Of a stretch of 64,000 nt of DNA, positions 16,680-25,247 are shown piece after piece. The DNA comes from a virus: IMG/VR virus record IMGVR_UViG_3300032246_003079, one strand, 5' to 3'. The notes under the pieces were generated by a model. That model was given only the letters and a program-made list of their open reading frames with translations, was not told the origin of the DNA and ran no database searches. Within the stretch, counting starts at the first letter, position 1; the number at the start of each line of letters is the position of its first letter. The position numbers and the translations under genes were made by a program.

Positions 16680-19376
16680 ATGCCAAGTCAAAGTATTAAT
16701 TCATATTTTACACCAAAATATTCCCAAAAATTAAATTTTGCGAACTATTTTGATTTTACACTTGTCGGAGATGAAAAAGACTACGATGAAGAAGTGGTAT
16801 TCTCTAACGAACTCATTGCATACAATGACGGAAATAGACTTCCAATTTTATTTGATTTAGGGGATTCCAACACTTGTCCTCAAATACCTATGTTATTTAA
16901 TAACTTTTATATCAACGCCACATTAGTTAGTAAAAATTATTACAACCCTAATAATGTTGATTTAAATTGTATATCGGCATTTACAGGAACTTGTGACGTG
17001 GGATTAGTGGGTACAGATAATGGGTTGTTTACATCTTTAACTGGTCAAACTTTGTACTATACAATGGGAATTAGAAACGATTTTAAATTTAATCCCTATT
17101 ATTATGATAGACGTATGAAGATGCATATGGTTACGGGTTATACTAATCCACCAAATGTGGTTTTTTCAGGAAGACCTAAGCAATCTATGTATAATATTGT
17201 GTCAAAATTTAACCAAAAGGTCGGTTATTATCAAGAACTATATGGTGGGTTTTATCAAGGATTTTATAAACTTTTTGGTTATGACTATGAAGTTTTTCCT
17301 GAACGAGTAAATAAAGGTTGGACTATGGAGACGGTTATAAAACCAAGAAACATAGAAGAATACGGAATTAATACTTTAACACAAGAATACTTAAATACAA
17401 AATACCCAAGTAATTCCGGTACTTTTTTCTATTTTGGGACAAGAGCCGAAAACAAATTTTATCATTACGCAAGTGGTAGTCCTGAATCTGATTCAGGATA
17501 TACTAGAAGTACAATAGGTTTAGGTAGTTTAAGTAGTTGTACTTGTTATCAAACGGGATATACAAATGCAAATTGTGTAAAATTATACCCCACAAGTTCA
17601 ACTACAGCGTATCATAATATTGGGTGTAATTGCGGAGCTTGCACGGAACAAATTCCAAACCCTCCTTTAGACCCCAAGTTCGATGTATTATCAAATGGAT
17701 TATCAATGAGATTTAGTGGTTGCCCTTTAAATCCAAGTTTATGTGTAAAATACATAAAAATTACAGGAGATTGTGTTACAACAGGTGTTTGTGAAACTAC
17801 TGGTGTTACTTTTCAAACAGGATATACAATTACAGAAGTGTGCACCCCCCCAATTTATGAAATTTGTGATTACATTTGTGGTACAATAACTGAAGACAGA
17901 TGGGTAATGGTTACGGCAGTTTTTGAAAGATATACAACAATGGAAGAGTGTGATTTATTAAATCTTGGTGGTTTAGGGGATATAAGAGAGGTAACTTACC
18001 AATCTATTTTAAACGGGACTGCATATAATTTGATTATGCCACCTGAAACACATTCTGGTGACACAAAAGAAAATAAAGTTTATAGAATTGTTTTTGACCA
18101 TAAATGGTTTGATGATACTTGGTATAGATTAGGAAGACTAAAATTATATATTAACGGTCACTTATTCACTATAATTGAAAACTTTGAAGAAATAATTCCA
18201 AGAGAATTAAATTGTGAAAAAGAAAAACAAATCGGAGTACCATTTAATATTTCTTGGGGTGGAGGTAGTCAAGGATTACACGACAATTTAATATTTGATT
18301 CTTGTCAACAATGGTCTTGGTCTGTTGGTAATATTGACACAAATTTAATTTATACAAATTGTAGCGGGAGTATAATAACATTATCAGGTTTGACGGGACA
18401 ATCAAATACAATTACTGTAGAATATGGTTCAATACCTTACTTTACATCGGCATCAACTGCTAGTACTTTAACCTTTATTGGTGATTATATACCTTTGAGT
18501 GGTCCTTACATACAAGACCCTGAATTATTTCCAGATGAAATTTTATCAGCAACTTCTTTAAATTCTTTATCGACAAATATTTTAGTTGAACAAAATTTTG
18601 GAGGTTCATTTATGGGTGGTATATCACAGTTTAGAATGTATACTGAACCTTTTGCAAGTCCTCAAGTGCAACACAACTTTAGAATTTTAAAAGATAAATT
18701 TAATTTGTTTGATTATTGGTGTCCTAATTGTTTGTCTCCTGCTCCGACCCCAACTCCTACGCCTACTCCGACACCCACTCCGACACCGACCCCAACTCCT
18801 ACACCTACACCAACCCCTACACCTGCAAATATACTTGCAGTGGCAATACCGTGTTTAGGTGAATCTGAAGCGGAAGTTATTTCAATACCTCCACAATATC
18901 AAAATCTTGACATATACTATGTTGTTGGTGGAACAAATGGTCAATGTTATATTGTTGCAGGTCCATCTGCAGGGCCTCAAACCGTGACATGGAACGGTCA
19001 AGTTTATGGTCAAAACGCAGATTGCTCGTTATGTCCTCCTGCTCCGACACCAATACCTTGCTTAGCAACACACCCGTACTTATCTTCATATTTAAGTTTT
19101 TCTACCAATCAATACGGTAATTTTTCAAATAGCTATTCGTTGGCTTGTAGTTCGTTGTTGTGTTTATCTGCCGGAACATGTAATACCAACGGAGCAATTA
19201 ATCCTATGCATATTGATACTCCACAAATTCAAGTTGGTACGGTGTTCTATAGTGGACCTACGACATGTAATTACTATGGTATGACAGGATTTTATATCGC
19301 ACAAAACGGAGCAAACTATGTATTAATAAGTATTTCGAATGGAATTGTTACTCAAGTATTAAATAATTGTTCATAA
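16680..19376 (+). CDS. Cys-rich virion structural protein (LamG/concanavalin-like core) with Pro-Thr linker and variable C-terminal domains
   Basis: 898 aa; WVMVTAVF...LKLYING and FMGGISQFRMY...QVQHNF LamG-like elements; (PT)n linker. Confidence 0.6.
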   Translation: MPSQSINSYFTPKYSQKLNFANYFDFTLVGDEKDYDEEVVFSNELIAYNDGNRLPILFDLGDSNTCPQIPMLFNNFYINATLVSKNYYNPNNVDLNCISAFTGTCDVGLVGTDNGLFTSLTGQTLYYTMGIRNDFKFNPYYYDRRMKMHMVTGYTNPPNVVFSGRPKQSMYNIVSKFNQKVGYYQELYGGFYQGFYKLFGYDYEVFPERVNKGWTMETVIKPRNIEEYGINTLTQEYLNTKYPSNSGTFFYFGTRAENKFYHYASGSPESDSGYTRSTIGLGSLSSCTCYQTGYTNANCVKLYPTSSTTAYHNIGCNCGACTEQIPNPPLDPKFDVLSNGLSMRFSGCPLNPSLCVKYIKITGDCVTTGVCETTGVTFQTGYTITEVCTPPIYEICDYICGTITEDRWVMVTAVFERYTTMEECDLLNLGGLGDIREVTYQSILNGTAYNLIMPPETHSGDTKENKVYRIVFDHKWFDDTWYRLGRLKLYINGHLFTIIENFEEIIPRELNCEKEKQIGVPFNISWGGGSQGLHDNLIFDSCQQWSWSVGNIDTNLIYTNCSGSIITLSGLTGQSNTITVEYGSIPYFTSASTASTLTFIGDYIPLSGPYIQDPELFPDEILSATSLNSLSTNILVEQNFGGSFMGGISQFRMYTEPFASPQVQHNFRILKDKFNLFDYWCPNCLSPAPTPTPTPTPTPTPTPTPTPTPTPTPTPANILAVAIPCLGESEAEVISIPPQYQNLDIYYVVGGTNGQCYIVAGPSAGPQTVTWNGQVYGQNADCSLCPPAPTPIPCLATHPYLSSYLSFSTNQYGNFSNSYSLACSSLLCLSAGTCNTNGAINPMHIDTPQIQVGTVFYSGPTTCNYYGMTGFYIAQNGANYVLISISNGIVTQVLNNCS
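18737..18826 (+). repeat. Hexanucleotide-period repeat encoding a (Pro-Thr)n linker
   Basis: PAPTPTPTPT...PTPA with synonymously varied CCN-ACN codons. Confidence 0.9.
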
Positions 19377-19394
19377 ACTACATAAGAAGAAAAA

Positions 19395-19748
19395 ATGGAA
19401 TTTTTTATAAATCAAAACTCTACATTACCAATTTTAAAAATGGAACCAGTCGTGGACGGTAGAAGTGACTCTTATAAAAATATTATAGAAATTTTAGATA
19501 ATGCGATTATTCGTTTTTCAATGAAAGACGAAAAAAATGGAATACAAAAAATATTCATGAAACAAGCTTATATTGTCGAGAAATTAAAAAATAACCCCGA
19601 TAGTCCAACTGAATATTATTTATACTACAAATGGACTGCGAACGATACAAAAATAAAAGGTAGGTTTATAGGTGAATTTTCCATAGTTTTACAAAATGGA
19701 GAATTGATTTCACCAATTAGAGAAAATCTTTATATAAACATCGTTTGA
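19395..19748 (+). CDS. Small beta-rich putative structural protein (BppU-N-like)
   Basis: FFINQNSTLP...YKWTANDT..KGRFIGEFSI...SPIRENLYINI. Confidence 0.55.
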   Translation: MEFFINQNSTLPILKMEPVVDGRSDSYKNIIEILDNAIIRFSMKDEKNGIQKIFMKQAYIVEKLKNNPDSPTEYYLYYKWTANDTKIKGRFIGEFSIVLQNGELISPIRENLYINIV

Positions 19749-19776
19749 CATTAAGACAAGACATTTTTATATTTAT
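19744..19776 (+). promoter_or_regulatory. Host-RNAP-type promoter upstream of polB (TTGACA-17-TATATT), overlapping a TATTTAT motif
   Basis: TTTGACA-ttaagacaagacatttt-TATATTTAT. Confidence 0.6.
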
Positions 19777-19838
19777 TAAAAAAGGGAAACCACAACATAG
19801 TTTGTGAGAATAATAACCCAAAATTAATAATATAAAAT

Positions 19839-22667
19839 ATGGTTCCACAAGAAGAAATTGAACGCTTTTTATTAGGCGAAGACGACGAAAAATATATCGT
19901 ATCACTCGAATACGATTACAAAACATCTAAAATTTATAAAGTAATCCAAGACCCTGTTAAGGGTAAATTATTACGCCCCGACACATTTATTCCATTTGCT
20001 TGGGTTGGCGACTTGAAAGGTAAAAACTTTTACAAGAACGACAAACACGCACAAAAACGTGAGATGAGTGAAAATGGTATTATCATAGAAAAACTTGATA
20101 CTCATGATGATGAACGTTTAGAGAACGGATTGAGGTATTTGGTTAAAACAACAAAGTCATACTCCAATCTTGTAAACTTCTTTAAAGGTGGAGGATTAGA
20201 CCCATGGGGTAGAGACAACACAGACTCAATTCAAATATTATCACCTGTAGAACAATACTTAATTCAAAAAAGTAAAAGACTTTTCAAAGGTTTTGACGAA
20301 TACGATGAAATTCACAGGTTTGTATTCGATATTGAGACCACAGGTCTTGACCCCAAAACAAGTAAGATATTCTTGATAGGAATGAAAGACAATCGTGGTT
20401 TTTTAAAATTATTATCATCACAAAATGAAGATGAAGAAAGACAAATGATTGTCGACTTCTTTAAGACTATTGATGAGTTAAAACCATCTTTGATTGGAGG
20501 CTACAACTCGGCATTCTTTGACTTTCCATTTATTTTAAAAAGAGCTGAGATATTAAAAGTTAATATCAAAAAAATCTGTAAGACCTTACATCCTGATTAT
20601 ACTCTGAAACAAAAAGATGGTATTCTAAAATTAGCAAATGAAATGGAACCATACGTTCAAACTCAAATGTGGGGATATAATATTGTTGATATTGCACATG
20701 CGGTTCGTAGAGCTCAAGCAATCAACTCAGACATTAAAAGTTGGTCTTTGAAGTATATTACCAAGTTTATTGAAGCAGAAAAACCAAATCGTGTTTATGT
20801 TGAAGGGGATAAGATTGGTAAAATTTATTTTGATAATCTTGAATATTGGATGAACAAAGAAAACGGAGCGTATAAGAAAGTTGGATTTGATTCAAAAATA
20901 GATGAAATATGTAAAAGAAGAGATGATGTTTATAAATTAGTTACGGGTTCAAAAATTATTGAGGACTACTTGGACGATGACCTTTATGAAACGATGATAG
21001 TTGATGAGCAGTTTAATCAAGCAAACTTCTTGTTGTCTAAACTTGTACCAACAACATATGAAAGACTTTCAACTATGGGAACTGCGACATTATGGAAAAT
21101 GATTATGGCCGCATGGTCATATAAACATAACTTGGCATTACCAAGAAAATTAGAAAAAAGAAAATTTACAGGAGGTCTTTCTCGTTTAGTACAGGTTGGG
21201 TTCTCTAAAAACGTATTGAAACTTGACTATTCTTCACTATATCCATCTATTCAGTTGGTTCACGACGTATTTCCTAAATGTGACGTAACAGGTGCGATGA
21301 AAAGTATGTTAAAGTATTTTCGTGATACTCGTATTAAATACAAGAACTTAGCCAGTGAATATAAGTCTATTGACCCCAAACTTGCAATTTCTTATGACCG
21401 TAAACAATTACCAATTAAAATCTTTATCAATGCATTCTTTGGTTCATTATCGGCACCACAAGTATTTCCGTGGGGTGATATTGATATGGGTGAACAGATT
21501 ACTTGTACGGGTAGACAATATCTAAGACAGATGATTATGTTCTTTATGAAAAGAGGTTATGTTCCACTTGTAATGGACACGGATGGTGTAAACTTTGAAA
21601 CCCCACAAGATAGAGAAGAGTATAAGTATATTGGAAAGGGATTGAATGGATTGGTTAAAGAAGGTAAAGAATATGTTGGAGCAGAAGCGGATGTGGCGGA
21701 ATACAATGATTTATTTTTACGAGGTGAAATGGGATTGGATATTGACGGTGTTTGGCCTTCGACAATTAATGTGGCTCGTAAAAACTACGCACTTCTTACA
21801 GATAAGGGTAAAGTAAAACTAACAGGAAATAGTATTAAATCTAAAAAACTTCAAACATATGTTGCTGAATTTTTGGACAAAGGTCTTCGAATGTTGTTAG
21901 ACGGTAAGGGTGGTGATTTTTTAGATTTTTACTATGAATATGTGGACAAACTTTATAATAGAGAAATTCCTTTGGCAAAAATTGCAAACAAAGCTCGTGT
22001 AAAACAATCAATAGACGATTACAAAGTTCACATTACAAAAACCACAAAGGCGGGAAATATGATGTCACGTCAAGCACATATGGAACTTTTAATTAAAGAA
22101 GGTAAAAATCCAGGTCTTGGTGATACTATCTATTATGTAAATAATGGTGAAAAAAAATCACATGGTGATGTTCAAAAGAAAAAAGATGAATTAGTTTTAA
22201 ATTGTTATATGATTGACGAGCGTGATATTGAAATGAATCCTGATTTATTGGGTGAGTATAATGTTCCAAGATACTTGGCGGCATTTAACAAAAGAATTGA
22301 ACCATTACTTGTTGTTTATAAACCTGAAATCAGAGAAGACATTTTAATTGAAGACCCAAAAGATAGACCTATCTTTACTAAGTCTCAAACTGAATTAGTA
22401 CGTGGTTATCCAATGAAAGAGGCTCACCAAGATACATTAGAGGAAGTATTAACTTTATCTGACATGGAATTAACATTTTGGAAAAACGTAGGTATTGACC
22501 CTTACTATATGTATTTAGATGGTACTGTTGATTTAGTGGATGTTGATTGGGTTGAAAATAACAAAAAGTTAATGGAAGAGTTTGTCATACAACAAAAAAA
22601 GGTGGATATTGATGAATACTTTGAATTTGATGTGGATGGCGATTTAATGGCTCTTAGTTTCGACTAA
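19839..22667 (+). CDS. polB: Family B DNA polymerase
   Basis: Exonuclease motifs FDIETTG and GYNSAFFDFP; polymerase motifs LDYSSLYPS, KIFINAFFG, MDTDG, KNYA. Confidence 0.93.
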   Translation: MVPQEEIERFLLGEDDEKYIVSLEYDYKTSKIYKVIQDPVKGKLLRPDTFIPFAWVGDLKGKNFYKNDKHAQKREMSENGIIIEKLDTHDDERLENGLRYLVKTTKSYSNLVNFFKGGGLDPWGRDNTDSIQILSPVEQYLIQKSKRLFKGFDEYDEIHRFVFDIETTGLDPKTSKIFLIGMKDNRGFLKLLSSQNEDEERQMIVDFFKTIDELKPSLIGGYNSAFFDFPFILKRAEILKVNIKKICKTLHPDYTLKQKDGILKLANEMEPYVQTQMWGYNIVDIAHAVRRAQAINSDIKSWSLKYITKFIEAEKPNRVYVEGDKIGKIYFDNLEYWMNKENGAYKKVGFDSKIDEICKRRDDVYKLVTGSKIIEDYLDDDLYETMIVDEQFNQANFLLSKLVPTTYERLSTMGTATLWKMIMAAWSYKHNLALPRKLEKRKFTGGLSRLVQVGFSKNVLKLDYSSLYPSIQLVHDVFPKCDVTGAMKSMLKYFRDTRIKYKNLASEYKSIDPKLAISYDRKQLPIKIFINAFFGSLSAPQVFPWGDIDMGEQITCTGRQYLRQMIMFFMKRGYVPLVMDTDGVNFETPQDREEYKYIGKGLNGLVKEGKEYVGAEADVAEYNDLFLRGEMGLDIDGVWPSTINVARKNYALLTDKGKVKLTGNSIKSKKLQTYVAEFLDKGLRMLLDGKGGDFLDFYYEYVDKLYNREIPLAKIANKARVKQSIDDYKVHITKTTKAGNMMSRQAHMELLIKEGKNPGLGDTIYYVNNGEKKSHGDVQKKKDELVLNCYMIDERDIEMNPDLLGEYNVPRYLAAFNKRIEPLLVVYKPEIREDILIEDPKDRPIFTKSQTELVRGYPMKEAHQDTLEEVLTLSDMELTFWKNVGIDPYYMYLDGTVDLVDVDWVENNKKLMEEFVIQQKKVDIDEYFEFDVDGDLMALSFD

Positions 22668-22996
22668 GAGTCTTTTAATCCGTCTGAAGATAATATATAC
22701 CAGTAGTTTCCGACTTTTTTAAACTCAACACATGAACCTTTGGTTAATTCAACTTCTTCATATTGCTCATCAATTAGAGAGTCTCCCTTAACTAAAACAT
22801 TCGTCATAGATTTCACCACAACATGGTCAGTATTTGATGAATTTAACAAAATTTCACAATTTTCAACACCCGAAACAATGATGACGTATTCACCGTCAGT
22901 TTCATAATAAGAGTTTGAAACTATTGCAGAATCTGATGTTTCAACGCTATTACCATTAATTATTCTAATTGAAGGAATAGATTTAAATACTGACAT
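22664..22996 (-). CDS. Hypothetical small beta-rich protein
   Basis: 110-aa ORF downstream of the neck gene, convergent with polB. Confidence 0.65.
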   Translation of the reverse strand: MSVFKSIPSIRIINGNSVETSDSAIVSNSYYETDGEYVIIVSGVENCEILLNSSNTDHVVVKSMTNVLVKGDSLIDEQYEEVELTKGSCVEFKKVGNYWYILSSDGLKDS

Positions 22997-23003
22997 AAAA
23001 AAA

Positions 23004-24125
23004 TTATATGATATTATAAGGACTTGTAAATGCTCTAAATTTCAAGGCTTTGTTCAAGTTTTCGGCTTGTAACGCTTTTTGCTCCATTTGTTTTTCAGGT
23101 CTTAATCTTTCAAGTCTTGCTTTCAATTCTTCCCACAACATTGCCTTTTCATCTTTGGCTTCACTGTTTAAACTTTGCCACTCTAAGGTTAATTCACTAT
23201 CAGGGGTCTTCAAACTACCACTATACTTACCTCTTACTTTTGCCAAAGTTTCTTTACAGTATGCGGTAAACCATCTTCTAACCCAAGTTTTTGCTGGCGA
23301 GTTTAATTCATCCCATCTCATTTCATCAATTGGAACATCAGAAGGAAGTCTAACAACGTCAGGATTTTTCGCTAAACAATCATCTCTATCAAAAGTATCA
23401 TAATACCAATACCATACTTTGTATTTTTGATAAGCGATATTTCCAAAATCAAATTTTCCTCCAGGAACATTCATTAAATGTAATGCTTTTTTTCCTTCAG
23501 GAAGTGCTGTTATTCTATAAGTTAAATCACCTGTTATAATTCTTCTTTTCATTTGAATGTCAGCCATTCTAAGTAAAATATCAAAGGCTGGTGTAATAAA
23601 ATAATTTCCTGTTGTTCCCATTTGAGAAAATCCTGCTCCACCACCTAAACCAATACCACCAAATCCACCAAAACCTCCCATAAACGGGTCAAAATATGCG
23701 GCGTCTAATTCAGAACGAGAAAACCATAATATTTCATTAATTTCACGACCTGCAGGTATTTCGTATATTTGTTGATTTGCAACTAAATCGATATAATCTT
23801 TTTTCAATACATAATCACCACCAGCTTGTAATCCCACAATTTTTGAATAAGCGTAAGTATATTGTGTTTCCCAATCCATACTTCTTGTAGTAAAGGCTCT
23901 TGTTAGTGATTGCTCATCCAAATTTAAACCATTCAAAGAAGACCATTGGGCTTCAATTAACCAATCGTTAACATGTTGTGCGTAATCCTGAATAGATAAT
24001 TCTAATAATGAATCCATCATTTCGTCTTCTAATTCAACACTACGAATAGGGGCTCCTAAAAGATTTTTTATTCTTTTATATAATTTACTTCTTTCAGGTT
24101 CGGTGATAATTACAGTAGTTGCCAT
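23004..24125 (-). CDS. Neck/head-completion protein (T4 gp13-like)
   Basis: LLGAPIRSVEL..., WVRRWFTAYCKETLAKVRGKY...L...EAKDE; TATTTATA motif upstream. Confidence 0.7.
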   Translation of the reverse strand: MATTVIITEPERSKLYKRIKNLLGAPIRSVELEDEMMDSLLELSIQDYAQHVNDWLIEAQWSSLNGLNLDEQSLTRAFTTRSMDWETQYTYAYSKIVGLQAGGDYVLKKDYIDLVANQQIYEIPAGREINEILWFSRSELDAAYFDPFMGGFGGFGGIGLGGGAGFSQMGTTGNYFITPAFDILLRMADIQMKRRIITGDLTYRITALPEGKKALHLMNVPGGKFDFGNIAYQKYKVWYWYYDTFDRDDCLAKNPDVVRLPSDVPIDEMRWDELNSPAKTWVRRWFTAYCKETLAKVRGKYSGSLKTPDSELTLEWQSLNSEAKDEKAMLWEELKARLERLRPEKQMEQKALQAENLNKALKFRAFTSPYNII

Positions 24126-24149
24126 AAGTTTTTATTATATAAATATAAT

Positions 24150-25235
24150 TTAGTTATTAAGTTTAGACTGAGTCGAATATAAATCATTAACAAATCCCCA
24201 ATTAACTACTTTCCAAAAATTAGATACGTACTTGTCTCTTAGATTTTTGTATTTTAAATAATAGGCGTGTTCCCAAACATCAAGACCTAACAAGGGGTAA
24301 CCTCTTTCTTCTTGATTATCCATTATGGGATTGTCTTGATTTGCGGTGGTTACAATTTTCAATCTATTTTTATCTGTAAGAATCAACCAAACCCAACCTG
24401 AACCAAAACGAGATTTGGCGGCGTCTTCAAATTGTGTTTTAAATTTTTCAAATGAACCGAAAGTTTTTTCTATTTTACTTTTGATGGGGTCATCTAACTT
24501 TTGTTTTTTAGGTGACATCATTTTCCAAAATAGTGCGTGGTTAAATGCGCCACCACCATTATTTCTAACTATTGTATTAAAACTTGAAATGTCAGATATA
24601 ATTTGTTCTAAGTCTAAATCTTTACCACTTATTTTTTCTAATTCTTTATTTAATTTTTCAACATAACCTTTGTAGTGTTTATTGTAATGAGTTTTCATTG
24701 TTTCACTATCAATAAAAACTTCTAAAGAATCATATTCGTAAGGTAGTTTATCTACGCTTATTTTTTTTATCTCATTTATTAATGATTGTTTTTCTAAAGA
24801 TTCTATTTGTAACAAAGATTCTATTCTTTCAATTCTTTCTGTGAAAGGTTTATAAATAACTTTTTCTATTTTTTTATTACCTTTTTCAAATTTTTTTATT
24901 TCTTCAGACGCTTGAGAACTGGCTTCATTTTCATTTTTACCTCCAATGTTTTTACCTTTTTTTCTATTGAGAACTGTTTTTTGATGTTCATGGGACCACT
25001 CATGAGCCAATGTTCTCAGTATATCACGATTTAATCTATCTTTAACTAATATTTTTAACTCATGTTTGTCTGTCCTTATCCCTGTGGTCATTTTACCCGT
25101 TCTGTTATTTTGAAACAAGATTGTTATGTCATTTTCTAAAGGATAATTTTTTTTCAACTGAGAAATAAATTTGTTAATTAATTCTTTTTCCTCCTTTGTT
25201 GGTTCAACATCTACATATTTAATATCTACGGTCAT
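24150..25235 (-). CDS. Fusion of an N-terminal HExxH metallopeptidase-like domain and a C-terminal Fe/Mn superoxide dismutase
   Basis: LRTLAHEWSHEHQ...ENEA, then LPYEYDSLE, HYNKH, NNGGGAFNH, FGSGWVWL, NQD, LDVWEHAYY. Confidence 0.88.
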   Translation of the reverse strand: MTVDIKYVDVEPTKEEKELINKFISQLKKNYPLENDITILFQNNRTGKMTTGIRTDKHELKILVKDRLNRDILRTLAHEWSHEHQKTVLNRKKGKNIGGKNENEASSQASEEIKKFEKGNKKIEKVIYKPFTERIERIESLLQIESLEKQSLINEIKKISVDKLPYEYDSLEVFIDSETMKTHYNKHYKGYVEKLNKELEKISGKDLDLEQIISDISSFNTIVRNNGGGAFNHALFWKMMSPKKQKLDDPIKSKIEKTFGSFEKFKTQFEDAAKSRFGSGWVWLILTDKNRLKIVTTANQDNPIMDNQEERGYPLLGLDVWEHAYYLKYKNLRDKYVSNFWKVVNWGFVNDLYSTQSKLNN

Positions 25236-25247
25236 GATATATAAATA

